Shown one piece after another: positions 29,540-39,174 of a DNA stretch of 64,000 nucleotides. Below the pieces are notes generated by a model. That model did no database searches, was not told the origin of the DNA, and worked only from the letters and a program-made list of their open reading frames with translations. Every line of letters begins with the position of its first letter. Positions within the stretch are counted from its first letter, which is position 1. The DNA is taken from positions 1,379,745 to 1,443,744 of the forward strand of contig OY970392.1 in NCBI GenBank assembly GCA_963720455.1. Reading direction: 5' to 3'. The position numbers were made by a program, and so were the translations under genes. The DNA is from an uncultured Thermoleophilia bacterium (GTDB taxonomy: Bacteria; Actinomycetota; Thermoleophilia; Solirubrobacterales; 70-9).

Positions 29540-30885
29540 CGACCGCTACTGACGACAAGACCGCCAGCGTGGCCGAACGCGGCATGGGCTTCGGCCTGCG
29601 GGCGCTCAACCGCCTCGCCGGCTCCGACCTGCTGGACCGGATCCGGATCCGCAAGCAGGTCGAGCGCGCCCTCTTCCAGGGCACCAAGAACGGGTTCCGC
29701 TCGGCAACCGCGGCCGGCCGCACCTTCAAGGCCGCGCAGCAGCTGGGCAAACCGGCGCGCCAAAAGAAGAGCAAGTCGAAGGGCCTGTTCGACCTCGCCC
29801 CCGACGACGAGCAGCAGATGTTCCAGGAGGCCGGTCGCGCCTTCGCCGAGGAGAAGGTCCGCCCGGCGGCGCTGAAGGCCGACGAGGAGCGCGAGACGCC
29901 CAAGGAGCTGCTGGCCGAAGCCACCGAGCTCGGAGTCAACATGCTCGGCGTCCCCGAGGAGCTCGGCGGCGTCATGCACGAGCAGTCGGCGGTGACCACC
30001 GTGCTGATCGGCGAGGCCCTCGCCCACGGCGACATGGGCATCGCCTACGCCGCGCTCGCGCCCGGCGCCGTCGCCACCGCGATCGGCCTCTGGGGCAGCG
30101 CCGAGCAGGAGGCGACCTACCTGCCGGCCTTCACCGGCGAGGACGTGCCCGCGGCGGCGCTGGCGATCCTCGAGCCGCGACCGCTGTTCGACCCGCTGCA
30201 GCTGCAGACGACCGCGAAGAGGAAAGGTCAGGAGTGGGTCCTGAGCGGGGCCAAGTCACTCCTCGCCCGCGCCAAGGACTGCGAGCTCTTCGTGATCGCG
30301 GCCGAGGCCGAGGGCATCGGCCCGGCGCTGTTCGTGGTCGAGTCCGGCGCCAAGGGCCTCGCGGTCGAAGACGAGCCGGCGATGGGCCTGCGACCCGCCG
30401 CCACCGGCCGCCTCCTGATCGACAAGGTCAAGGTCCCGGCCACCGCCCTGCTCGGTGAGGACAAAGCGAGCGCCAAGGACTACGCCGACTGCGTCAACCG
30501 CGCGCGGATCGCCTGGTGCGGCCTCGCGAGCGGCGCCGCCCAGGCCGTCCTCGACTACGTGATCCCCTACGTCAACGATCGCCAGGCGTTCGCCGAACCG
30601 ATCTCCAACCGCCAGGGCGTCGCCTTCGCGGTCTCCGACATCGGCATCGAGAGCGAAGGCATGCGCCTCGCCACCTACCGCGCCGCCAGCCGCGCCGACC
30701 GCGGCGAGAAGTTCGCCCGCGAGGCGGCGATCGCGCGCCGGCTCTGCGCCGTCAAGGGAATGGAGATCGGCTCGCAGGGAGTACAGCTGCTCGGCGGCCA
30801 CGGCTTCGTCAAGGAGCACCCGGTCGAGCGCTGGTACCGAGACCTCCGAGCTGCGGGCGTGATGGAGGGCGCCCTGCTCGTCTAG
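29536..30885 (+). CDS. Acyl-CoA dehydrogenase family protein with a basic N-terminal extension of about 75 aa
   Basis: ATGA overlap with the dehydratase. The ACAD fold is recognisable from FDLAPDDEQQMFQEAGRAF onward. The protein ends 6 residues after the ...VMEG motif. Confidence 0.8.
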   Translation: MTTATDDKTASVAERGMGFGLRALNRLAGSDLLDRIRIRKQVERALFQGTKNGFRSATAAGRTFKAAQQLGKPARQKKSKSKGLFDLAPDDEQQMFQEAGRAFAEEKVRPAALKADEERETPKELLAEATELGVNMLGVPEELGGVMHEQSAVTTVLIGEALAHGDMGIAYAALAPGAVATAIGLWGSAEQEATYLPAFTGEDVPAAALAILEPRPLFDPLQLQTTAKRKGQEWVLSGAKSLLARAKDCELFVIAAEAEGIGPALFVVESGAKGLAVEDEPAMGLRPAATGRLLIDKVKVPATALLGEDKASAKDYADCVNRARIAWCGLASGAAQAVLDYVIPYVNDRQAFAEPISNRQGVAFAVSDIGIESEGMRLATYRAASRADRGEKFAREAAIARRLCAVKGMEIGSQGVQLLGGHGFVKEHPVERWYRDLRAAGVMEGALLV

Positions 30886-30912
30886 GCGACCCCGCCCGAG
30901 CGAAAGGCAACC

Positions 30913-32121
30913 ATGATCAACCTCGAGATACCGAAGAAGTTCAAGCCCCTCGCCACCCAGGCGAACCAGGTCGCGAACGAGGTCTTCCGGCCGATCTCGC
31001 GCAAGTACGACGAGGCCGAGCACGCCTACCCGAAAGAGCTCGACATGCTGGCCTCGCTGATCGACGGCATGAACGAGGGCTCCGACATCGGCGGCGCTGG
31101 TGCGGCGGGGGTGCGCCGCGAGGAGAGCGGCGATTCCGGAGAGAACCGCAACGGCTCCAACCTCTCCACCGTGCTCGGCATCATCGAGCTCTGCTGGGGC
31201 GACGTCGGCCTGCTGCTCTCGATGCCGCGCCAGGGTCTCGGCAACTCGGCGATCGCCTCGGTGGCGACCGAGGAGCAGCTGGAGCAGTACGGCGGCAAGT
31301 GGGCTGCGATGGCGATCACCGAGCCGGAAGCCGGCTCGGACTCGGCCGCGATCCGCACCACGGCCGAGCTCGACGGCGACGAGTACGTCCTCAACGGCGA
31401 GAAGATCTTCGTCACCTCGGGCGACCGCGCCGACCTGATCGTGGTCTGGGCGACGCTCGACCGCTCCAAGGGACGGGCGGCGATCAAGTCGTTCATCGTC
31501 GAGCGCGACAACCCGGGCCTGAAGCTCGACCGGCTCGAGCACAAGCTCGGGATCCGCGCCTCCGACACCGCCAACTTCACCCTGCAGGACTGCCGGGTGC
31601 CGAAAGAGGCGCTGCTGGGCGACCCCGAGGTGAAGGAGAAGGGCTTCGCCGGGGTGATGGAAACGTTCGACAACACGCGGCCGCTGGTCGCGGCGATGGC
31701 GGTCGGCGTCGCCCGGGCGGCGCTGGAAGAGACCCGCAAGCAGCTGAAGCAGGCCGGGGTCGAGGTCGACTACTCCGTCCCCGCCCTCTCCCAGCACGCG
31801 GCCGCGGCGCGCTTCCTGGAGATGGAGGCCGACTACGAGGCGGCCTGGCTGCTGACCCTGCAGGCGGCCTGGATGGCCGACAACAGCAAGCCGAACTCGC
31901 TGCAGGCCTCGATGGCGAAGGCGAAGGCGGGACGCGCCTGCGTCGACATCACGCTCGGTTGCGTCGAGCTCTGCGGCAGCGTCGGGTACGGCGAGGGGGA
32001 GCTGCTGGAGAAGTGGGCGCGGGATGCGAAGATCCTCGACATCTTCGAGGGGACCCAGCAGATCCAGCTGCTGATCGTGGCGCGGCAGCTGCTGGGAAAG
32101 AGCTCCTCCGAACTGAGGTAG
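30913..32121 (+). CDS. Acyl-CoA dehydrogenase
   Basis: 402 aa. Contains AMAITEPEAGSDSA, IFVTSG, and the catalytic-Glu motif IFEGTQQIQLLIVAR. Confidence 0.9.
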   Translation: MINLEIPKKFKPLATQANQVANEVFRPISRKYDEAEHAYPKELDMLASLIDGMNEGSDIGGAGAAGVRREESGDSGENRNGSNLSTVLGIIELCWGDVGLLLSMPRQGLGNSAIASVATEEQLEQYGGKWAAMAITEPEAGSDSAAIRTTAELDGDEYVLNGEKIFVTSGDRADLIVVWATLDRSKGRAAIKSFIVERDNPGLKLDRLEHKLGIRASDTANFTLQDCRVPKEALLGDPEVKEKGFAGVMETFDNTRPLVAAMAVGVARAALEETRKQLKQAGVEVDYSVPALSQHAAAARFLEMEADYEAAWLLTLQAAWMADNSKPNSLQASMAKAKAGRACVDITLGCVELCGSVGYGEGELLEKWARDAKILDIFEGTQQIQLLIVARQLLGKSSSELR

Positions 32122-32133
32122 TCAGGGCGAGAA

Positions 32134-32231
32134 GGAGTCGGGTCCCTGCCCCGGAGGCCGTCGCGCAGCTGGATCGCGTTGGTGCTTCGGGGCGTGGTCC
32201 CTTGAGCCTCCGGGGCAGGGACCCCGACTCC
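32134..32231. repeat. Long-arm intergenic palindrome (plus a second short hairpin at 32241-32262)
   Basis: GGAGTCGGGTCCCTGCCCCGGAGG (32134-32157) pairs with CCTCCGGGGCAGGGACCCCGACTCC (32207-32231), which has one extra G. The spacer is 49 nt. AGCTTCCG-GTCGCT-CGGAAGCT follows. Confidence 0.7.
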
Positions 32232-32285
32232 TCCGACATGAGCTTCCGGTCGCTCGGAAGCTTCCATGGGGCAGACTCCTGACCC

Positions 32286-33761
32286 GTGAACCTGATCGAG
32301 GATCTGATGGAGCGGTCGCCTGCGTCGCGGCTGGGGATCGTGGCGATTGACGCTGAGGGGAACCGGCGCGACCACTATTTCGGGGAACTGGTCGCTCAGT
32401 CGGCGGGACTCTCGGGCGCGTTTGCGGGGCGCGGGGTGAAGCGGGGCGACGTAGTGATGACGCTGGTCGGGAATCGGGTCGAGTGGGCGCTGACGCTGCT
32501 CGCCTGCTGGCGGATGGGGGCGGTGGCGCTGCCTTGCAGCCCACAGCTGCGGCGGCACGACCTGGAGCTGCGGGTTGCGGCCGCCAATCCGGCGCTTTGC
32601 GTCGGCGAGGAGGAGCTGCTGGCCGAGCTCCCGGACGGAGTTCCGGCGATGACGCTGGCCGAGGTCGCAGAGGTGCTCGACGAGGATCGGCCGCAGGAGG
32701 CGCCGGCGGCGATAGCGCCGATGGATCCCGAGGACCCGGCCCTGATCGTCTTCACCTCCGGCACCACCGGCGAGCCGCGCGGCGTCCTCCACTCCTACCG
32801 CTACCTGTTCGGCCAGCGGATCCAGGCCGAGCACTGGTTCGGCTCGCGCCAGGGCGAGCTTGCCTGGTGCACGACCGCGCCGGGCTGGTCGAAGTCGGCC
32901 CGCAACGTCTTCCTCGCCCCCTGGCTGACCGGTGCCGCCGCGGTCATCCACGACGGCCGCTTCGATCCGGCCGAGCGGCTCGACTTTGCCGCGGCGCTCG
33001 GCGTCAACGTCCTCTGCCAGGCGCCGACCGAGTACCGGATGCTGGCCAAGCGCACCGCCCTGCGCCCCCTCCCGGCGCTGCGGCGGATGGTCTCCGCCGG
33101 CGAGCCACTGGACCCGGAGACGATCGCCGCCTTCCGCGAGGCGACCGGCCTCGAGCCGGCTGACGGCTACGGCCAGACCGAGACCGGCCACGTCACCGCC
33201 AACCTCGCCGGCGAGCCGGTTCGCCAGGGCTCGATGGGGAAACCCCTGCCGGGGTTGGAGGTGCGGATAGCCCCCCCCGGACGCGAAGCGGAGGAGGCGG
33301 CGACTGACCTGGGTGAATTGCAGCTCCGCGCCGCCTCATCCCCCACCTTCTTCTCCCGCTACCTCGACGGCGAGCGCTTCGAGGGCGAGTGGTGGGCGAC
33401 CGGCGACCTGGTCCGCGAAGACGAAGACGGCTACCTCTTCTTCGAGGGGCGCAACGACGACATCATCCTCTCCGCCGGCTACCGGATCGGCCCCTTCGAG
33501 GTCGAGTCGGCGCTGCAGTCCCACCCCGCCGTCGCCGAGGCGGCCGCGGTCGCCGCCCCAGACCCCGAGCGCGGCTCGGTCGTCCGCGCCGTCGTCGTCC
33601 CCCGCGACCGCGCACCGAGCGAGGAGCTTGCCCGCGAGCTGCAGGAGCACTGCAAGCGCGAGACCGCCCCCTACAAGTTCCCCCGCCTCGTCGAGTTCGT
33701 CGAGGAGCTGCCGAAGACGAGCAGCGGCAAGATCAAGCGTGCGCAGCTGCGGCGGGGGTAA
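32286..33761 (+). CDS. AMP-forming acyl-CoA synthetase/ligase
   Basis: GTG start. Contains the AMP-binding motifs IVFTSGTTGEPRGV, DGYGQTETG and GDLVREDEDGYLFFEGRNDDII, plus the terminal SSGKIKR. Confidence 0.9.
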   Translation: MNLIEDLMERSPASRLGIVAIDAEGNRRDHYFGELVAQSAGLSGAFAGRGVKRGDVVMTLVGNRVEWALTLLACWRMGAVALPCSPQLRRHDLELRVAAANPALCVGEEELLAELPDGVPAMTLAEVAEVLDEDRPQEAPAAIAPMDPEDPALIVFTSGTTGEPRGVLHSYRYLFGQRIQAEHWFGSRQGELAWCTTAPGWSKSARNVFLAPWLTGAAAVIHDGRFDPAERLDFAAALGVNVLCQAPTEYRMLAKRTALRPLPALRRMVSAGEPLDPETIAAFREATGLEPADGYGQTETGHVTANLAGEPVRQGSMGKPLPGLEVRIAPPGREAEEAATDLGELQLRAASSPTFFSRYLDGERFEGEWWATGDLVREDEDGYLFFEGRNDDIILSAGYRIGPFEVESALQSHPAVAEAAAVAAPDPERGSVVRAVVVPRDRAPSEELARELQEHCKRETAPYKFPRLVEFVEELPKTSSGKIKRAQLRRG

Positions 33762-33770
33762 CCTGGGCAG

Positions 33771-34289
33771 ATGGGCACGAGCGAGGCAACCGAGACGGAG
33801 AGCGTCGCCCGCGCCTACTTCGACGCCGTCTCCCGCCGCGACGTCGAGGCGATGGCGGCCTGCTGGGAGCCCGGCACCCGCGACGTGATCCACGGCGTCG
33901 CCGACATGCGCGTGCCGGAGGACCTGCGCTCCTGGTTCGGCGACCTCTTCGCCTCGTTCCCCGACTTCAGCTTCGAGGTCCTCGACGTCCTCACCGCCGG
34001 CGAGAAGGCGGCCGTGCACTGGCATGCCACCGGCACCTTCGACGGCGGCGCCCGCTTCGAAGGCCTGATCCCGAACGGCGAACGGGTGGATGTCCAGGGC
34101 TGCGACGTGCTCACCGTCCGCGACGGCAAGGTCGTCCACAACGACGCCTACATGAACGGCGCCGAGATGGCCCGCCAGCTCGGCGCCCTGCCGCCGCAGG
34201 GATCGCCACCCGAACGCGCGCTGACCGCCCTCCTCAACCTGAAGACCCGGATATGGCGCAGATCGACCGCCGGCGCGTCGCGGCGCTGA
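33771..34289 (+). CDS. SnoaL/NTF2-like (ester-cyclase-like) protein
   Basis: VARAYFDAVSRRDVEAMAACW... and GCDVLTVRDGKVVHNDAYMN are typical of the SnoaL-like fold. The tail overlaps the next gene by 37 nt. Confidence 0.65.
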   Translation: MGTSEATETESVARAYFDAVSRRDVEAMAACWEPGTRDVIHGVADMRVPEDLRSWFGDLFASFPDFSFEVLDVLTAGEKAAVHWHATGTFDGGARFEGLIPNGERVDVQGCDVLTVRDGKVVHNDAYMNGAEMARQLGALPPQGSPPERALTALLNLKTRIWRRSTAGASRR

Positions 34290-35617
34290 CCGAGGCCCAG
34301 CAGGAGCAGTTCCGCAACCGCACCGGCGCCTCCGCCCGCACCTTCGAGCGCGCGGTGCAGGTGATGCCAAGCGGCGTCCCCTCCTCCTTCCAGGAAAACG
34401 ACCCCTGGCCCGTCTACCTCGAGCGCGGCAGCGGCAGCCGCGTCTGGGACGTCGACGGCAACGAGTACGTCGACTTCCACAACGGCTTCGGCGTCATGTG
34501 CATCGGCCACGCCAACCCCACCGTCGGCGCCGCCGTCAAGGCGCGGATCGACGAAGGCACCCACTTCGCCGCCCCCACCGACGGCTCGATCGCCGTCGCG
34601 ACCGAGCTGGTACGGCGCTTCGGCCTACCGCAGTGGCGCTTCAACAACTCCGGCACCGAGGCGACGATGGACGCCGTCCACCTCGCCCGCGGCGCCACCG
34701 ACCGCGACCTGATCCTCAAGATCGAGGGCTCCTACCACGGCCACCACGACACCGTGATGGTCTCGGTCTACCCGCCGCTGGAGGCACTCGGTGCCCGCGA
34801 CGACCCGGTCAGCGTCCCCTACGGCGGTGGCGTTCCCAGGGCGCTCAGCGAGCTCACCCGCGCCGTCCCCTTCAACGATGCCGAGGCGCTGGAGAGCGTG
34901 CTGGAGAAGATCGGCGAGCAGGTCGCCGGCCTGATCATGGAGCCGGCGATGATGAACATCAACATCATCCCGCCCCGCCCCGGCTACCTGGAGCGGGTCC
35001 GCGAGCTCACCGCCCGCTACGGCGTCAAGTTGATCTTCGACGAGGTCAAGACCGGCGCCACGATCTCCGCCGGCGGCGCCACCGCCCGCTTCGGCGTCCT
35101 CCCCGACATGATCACCCTGGCCAAGGCCAGCTGCGGCGGCTACCCCGGCGGCGCGATCGGGATGAGCGAGGAGCTGGCGGCGATCGTCGCCGACGGCACC
35201 GTCAAGCAGTACGGCACCTTCAACGGCAACCCGCTGGTGATGGCGGCTGCCGAGGCGACGCTGACCGAAGTCCTCACCGACGACGTCTACGAGCGCTTCG
35301 AGGCGACCAACCGGCGCCTGCTCGACGGCTGCCAGCAGATCGTCGACGCCCACGACCTGCCCGCCTATACCGAGGGGCTCGGCGCCAAGGGCTGCGTGAT
35401 CTTCTCGCCCGAGCGGATGTACGAGTACCGCGACTACCTGACCGAGGTCGACGACGAGCTCTCGACCCTCGCCTGGCTCTACCACATGAACCACGGCGTC
35501 TTCATGACCCCGGGGACCGAGGAGGAGTGGACGCTCTCGATCGCCCACTCCGACGAGGACCTGCAGCGCTACCTCGACGCCTTCGAGGCCTTCGCCGGCG
35601 ACCTGACCCGCGGCTAG
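34253..35617 (+). CDS. Class III PLP aminotransferase (glutamate-1-semialdehyde aminomutase-like)
   Basis: Contains VWDVDGNEYVDFHNGFG, NSGTEATMDAVHLAR, IFDEVKTG and ITLAKASCGGYPGGA (PLP lysine). Confidence 0.9.
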   Translation: MAQIDRRRVAALTEAQQEQFRNRTGASARTFERAVQVMPSGVPSSFQENDPWPVYLERGSGSRVWDVDGNEYVDFHNGFGVMCIGHANPTVGAAVKARIDEGTHFAAPTDGSIAVATELVRRFGLPQWRFNNSGTEATMDAVHLARGATDRDLILKIEGSYHGHHDTVMVSVYPPLEALGARDDPVSVPYGGGVPRALSELTRAVPFNDAEALESVLEKIGEQVAGLIMEPAMMNINIIPPRPGYLERVRELTARYGVKLIFDEVKTGATISAGGATARFGVLPDMITLAKASCGGYPGGAIGMSEELAAIVADGTVKQYGTFNGNPLVMAAAEATLTEVLTDDVYERFEATNRRLLDGCQQIVDAHDLPAYTEGLGAKGCVIFSPERMYEYRDYLTEVDDELSTLAWLYHMNHGVFMTPGTEEEWTLSIAHSDEDLQRYLDAFEAFAGDLTRG

Positions 35618-35619
35618 CG

Positions 35620-37131
35620 CTAGACGGTCTCGGCGAAGAGGCCGGCGGCGGCCTCGACCGGGCGCCCGAGGTGGAAGCCCTGGGCCATGTCGACGCCGTA
35701 CTCGCGCAGCATCCGCTCCGTCTCGTCGTCCTCGACGAACTCGGCGATCGTCGTCTTGCCGAGACCGCGGGCGATCTCGACGATCGCCTTCACCGTCAGC
35801 TGGTCGGCGTCGTTGCGCGTCATCTCGCGGACAAACGAACCGTCGATCTTGATCACGTCGAATGGCAGCTGCTTGAGGTGCTGGAACGGGCTGAAGCCGG
35901 CTCCGTAGTCGTCGATCGCGACTTCGCAGCCGAACTCGGTCAGGCGGTCCGCGAACCCGATCGCCGTTTCGTAGTCGTCGACTCGGGCCGACTTGGTGAT
36001 CTCGAAGGTGCAGCGGCTGGGGTCGCCGTCGCCTTCGTCGAGGCGGCGCTCGATGAACTCCAGAACGGAGACGTCGGTCAGCGAGGCGCCGGAGAGGTTG
36101 ACGTGGAGGGAGACCGGTTCACCGGCGCGCTCGCGCTCGCCCAGCAGCTCCAGTGCCCGCGCGACCACCCAACGGTCCAGCTCCTGGACCATGCCGGAGC
36201 GCTCGGCGACGTCGATGAAGGCGGCTGCGGGCAGCAGCTCGCCGTTATCGCCGGTCATCCGCAGCAGCAGCTCGTAGCGCTCGATGCCGCCGGAGGCGAG
36301 GCTGCGGATCGGCTGCGAGGCGAGGCTGAGGCGGTCCTGGGTGAGGGCGTCGCGGATCCGGGCGCTGGTCGTCTGGCCACGCCGCGGGGCCCGCTGGGAC
36401 TCCTCGGGCCCGTGGAAGAGAGCGATCCGGTTGCGACCCTCCTCCTTGGCCCGGTACATCGCCTGGTCGGCGGCGACCAACACCGCCTCGGAGTTGACGT
36501 CGCGCTTGCCGCCGAACATGGTGATGCCGACGCTGATCGTCGCCTCGCCCAGCTCGGAGCCGGCGGGAAAGCCCTCGGCCACCTGCGCTCGCAGGTCCTC
36601 GCCGAGCTGCAGCGCTCCGCTCGTATCGGTCTGCGGCATCAGCACCGCGAACTCGTCGCCGGAGAGGCGGGCGACGATGTCGGTGGTGCGCACCCGCTCG
36701 CGCAGGATCTCGGCGACCTTGCGGATCAGGTTGTCGCCGGGCTGGTGACCGAGCCTGTCGTTGACCTCCTTGAGGCCGTCGATGTCGATGATCATCACGG
36801 CGCCCTGACCGCCGTAGCGGGCGGAGAAGGAGACGTGGCGGTCGAGCTTGGAGCGGAAGCAGCGCCGGTTCAACAGCCCGGTGAGCGAGTCGTGGTCGGC
36901 GAGGTAGCGCAGCTCGGCCTCGGTTTTCTCGGCCTTCTCCAGCGCCCCCTCGACGATCTCGCGATCCCCCTGGACGAGCTTTCCCAGCACCGCCTCGATC
37001 TCCGGATCGCGCTTCTGAGAGGTACGTATGCTCGCCACCCGTGAAAGGTATTTGCTCGCTGCCGATCCAGGTTGGCGAACCCGTCCGTTTCCGCCAGGGG
37101 ACTCGAATTTTCGGGGATCGAGACACCCCAA
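35620..37131 (-). CDS. GGDEF-EAL dual-domain cyclic-di-GMP turnover protein
   Basis: The GGDEF domain has an SGDEF variant ([13 protein letters not shown]). The EAL domain shows ERYELLLRM ... IAIDDYGAG ... [10 protein letters not shown]. The start is uncertain: TTG at 37131 or GTG at 37038, neither with a clear RBS. Confidence 0.8.
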   Translation of the reverse strand: MGCLDPRKFESPGGNGRVRQPGSAASKYLSRVASIRTSQKRDPEIEAVLGKLVQGDREIVEGALEKAEKTEAELRYLADHDSLTGLLNRRCFRSKLDRHVSFSARYGGQGAVMIIDIDGLKEVNDRLGHQPGDNLIRKVAEILRERVRTTDIVARLSGDEFAVLMPQTDTSGALQLGEDLRAQVAEGFPAGSELGEATISVGITMFGGKRDVNSEAVLVAADQAMYRAKEEGRNRIALFHGPEESQRAPRRGQTTSARIRDALTQDRLSLASQPIRSLASGGIERYELLLRMTGDNGELLPAAAFIDVAERSGMVQELDRWVVARALELLGERERAGEPVSLHVNLSGASLTDVSVLEFIERRLDEGDGDPSRCTFEITKSARVDDYETAIGFADRLTEFGCEVAIDDYGAGFSPFQHLKQLPFDVIKIDGSFVREMTRNDADQLTVKAIVEIARGLGKTTIAEFVEDDETERMLREYGVDMAQGFHLGRPVEAAAGLFAETV

Positions 37132-37168
37132 TAGTTGGCTTCAAGGGGTCCTGGGTACCCTGGGATCG

Positions 37169-39160
37169 ATGCCCAACCGGCTCGCCCAAGAGACCAGCCC
37201 GTACCTGCTGCAGCATCGCGACAACCCCGTCGACTGGTACCCCTGGGGCGCCGAGGCGCTGGCCCGGGCGCGCGAGGAGGACCGCCCGATCCTGCTCTCG
37301 GTCGGCTACTCGGCCTGCCACTGGTGCCACGTGATGGAGCGCGAGTCCTTCGAGCACCCCGAGACCGCCGCCTACATGAACCAGCATTTCGTCAACGTCA
37401 AGGTCGACCGCGAGGAGCGCCCCGACGTCGACGCGATCTACATGGAGGCGGTGCAGGCGATCAGCGGGCAGGGCGGCTGGCCGATGACCGTCTTCCTCGA
37501 CCCCGAGGGAGTGCCCTTCTACGGCGGCACCTACTTCCCGCCCGACGAGGGCCGCGGCATGCCGAGCTTCCGGATGGTGATGGAGGCGATCGTCGATGCC
37601 TTCGAGCGCAAGCGCGAGGAGATCCGCGAGCGCGCGGCCGGGACCCGGGAGCGGCTCGGCGCGATAGGGGTGGTCGAGCCGAGCGCCGAGCCGCCCGAGG
37701 CGGCCCAGCTCGAGGAAGCGATCGAGCGCCTGCTTTCCGCCGCCGACCTGCAGCGCGGCGGTTTCGGCGGCGCCCCCAAGTTCCCGCCCGCCTCGGCGCT
37801 GGAGCTGCTGCTGGCACGCGGCCAGCGCGAGATCGTCGAGCGCACGCTCGACGCGATGCTGGCCGGCGGCATCTACGACCAGATCGGCGGCGGCTTCGCC
37901 CGCTACTCGGTCGACGCCGACTGGCTCGTCCCCCACTTCGAGAAGATGCTCTACGACAACGCCCTGCTCGCCCGTGCCTACCTGCACGGCTGGCAGGCGC
38001 TGGGCCACGAGCGCTACCGCCGCGCCTGCGAGGAGACGCTGGACTGGATGCTGCGCGAGATGCGCGGCCCCGAGGGTGGCTTCTACTCGGCCCTCGACGC
38101 CGATTCCGAGGGCGAGGAGGGCCGCTTCTACGTCTGGACGCCGGCTCAGATCCGCGCGGTGCTCGGCGAGAACGCCGATGCGGTGATCGAGCACTACGGC
38201 GTCAGCGAGCGCGGCAACTTCGAGGGCGCCAACATCCTCCACCTGCCGGGCGGGGTGGGTCGACTTTCTGCCGCATACCGGCAAGAAATCGACCCACCCG
38301 GTCTCGACGAAGCACGCCGAGCGCTGTACGAGGCGCGGGCGAAGCGCGTCTGGCCGGGGCTCGATGACAAGCGCCTCGCATCCTGGAACGCGCTGGCGAT
38401 CTCCGCCCTGGCCGAAGCCGGCGCCGTACTCGGCCGCGACGACTACCTGGCCGCGGCCGCGGCCTGCGGCAAGTTCGTACTCGGCGAGATGCGCGACTCC
38501 GAGGGCCACCTGCTGCGCACCTACAAGGACGGCGACGCCCGCCTCAACGCCTACCTGGAGGATCACGCCTTCCTCCTGGAGGCGTTCCTGACTCTCTACG
38601 AAGCTACCTTCGAGCCGGACTGGTTCGGCGAGGCGGAGCGGATCGCGGCGACGATGTCGTGCCGCTTTCACGACGGCGAGCGCGGCGGCTTCTTCTCGAC
38701 CTCCGACGACCACGAGGAGCTGATCGCCCGCCGCAAGGAGATCGGCGACCACCCGATCCCGTCGGGTAACAGCTCAGCGGCCTTCGGCCTATTGCGGCTC
38801 GCGGCCCTGACCGGCGACCACGAGCACCGCCGCCGCGCCGAGGAGGTCTTCGCCCTCTTCGCGAAAGCGGCGACTCAGCACCCCGAGTCCTTCGCGCACC
38901 TGCTGCGCGCGCTCGACTTCCACCTCTCCCCGGTCAAGGAGGTGGCCCTGGTCGGGGACGACGTGAGCGAGCTGGCGGCAACGGTGCGCTCCGCCTTCCG
39001 CCCCCACCTCGTCCTCGCCGCCGGCCCCGAGGGGAGCGAGGAGCCGCCGCTGCTGCGCGAGCGTCCCCTCGTGGACGGTGCTGCAGCCGCCTACGTCTGC
39101 GAGGGCTTCGCCTGTCTGGCACCCGTGAGCGCTCCGGAAGAACTGGCTGCCCTTCTCTGA
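37169..39160 (+). CDS. Thioredoxin-domain protein of the DUF255/YyaL type (N-terminal Trx fold plus alpha/alpha-toroid)
   Basis: ATG at 37169. Contains [36 protein letters not shown] and [13 protein letters not shown]. Confidence 0.85.
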   Translation: MPNRLAQETSPYLLQHRDNPVDWYPWGAEALARAREEDRPILLSVGYSACHWCHVMERESFEHPETAAYMNQHFVNVKVDREERPDVDAIYMEAVQAISGQGGWPMTVFLDPEGVPFYGGTYFPPDEGRGMPSFRMVMEAIVDAFERKREEIRERAAGTRERLGAIGVVEPSAEPPEAAQLEEAIERLLSAADLQRGGFGGAPKFPPASALELLLARGQREIVERTLDAMLAGGIYDQIGGGFARYSVDADWLVPHFEKMLYDNALLARAYLHGWQALGHERYRRACEETLDWMLREMRGPEGGFYSALDADSEGEEGRFYVWTPAQIRAVLGENADAVIEHYGVSERGNFEGANILHLPGGVGRLSAAYRQEIDPPGLDEARRALYEARAKRVWPGLDDKRLASWNALAISALAEAGAVLGRDDYLAAAAACGKFVLGEMRDSEGHLLRTYKDGDARLNAYLEDHAFLLEAFLTLYEATFEPDWFGEAERIAATMSCRFHDGERGGFFSTSDDHEELIARRKEIGDHPIPSGNSSAAFGLLRLAALTGDHEHRRRAEEVFALFAKAATQHPESFAHLLRALDFHLSPVKEVALVGDDVSELAATVRSAFRPHLVLAAGPEGSEEPPLLRERPLVDGAAAAYVCEGFACLAPVSAPEELAALL

Positions 39161-39174
39161 TATGGATAGCCGCG

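Noticed and set aside
37038-37168. Possible sensor domain or leader peptide upstream of the GGDEF-EAL gene
   Set aside because: Only about 30 poorly defined codons lie between the alternative starts (TTG 37131, GTG 37038). There is no motif and no RBS, so they were left as start-site uncertainty.
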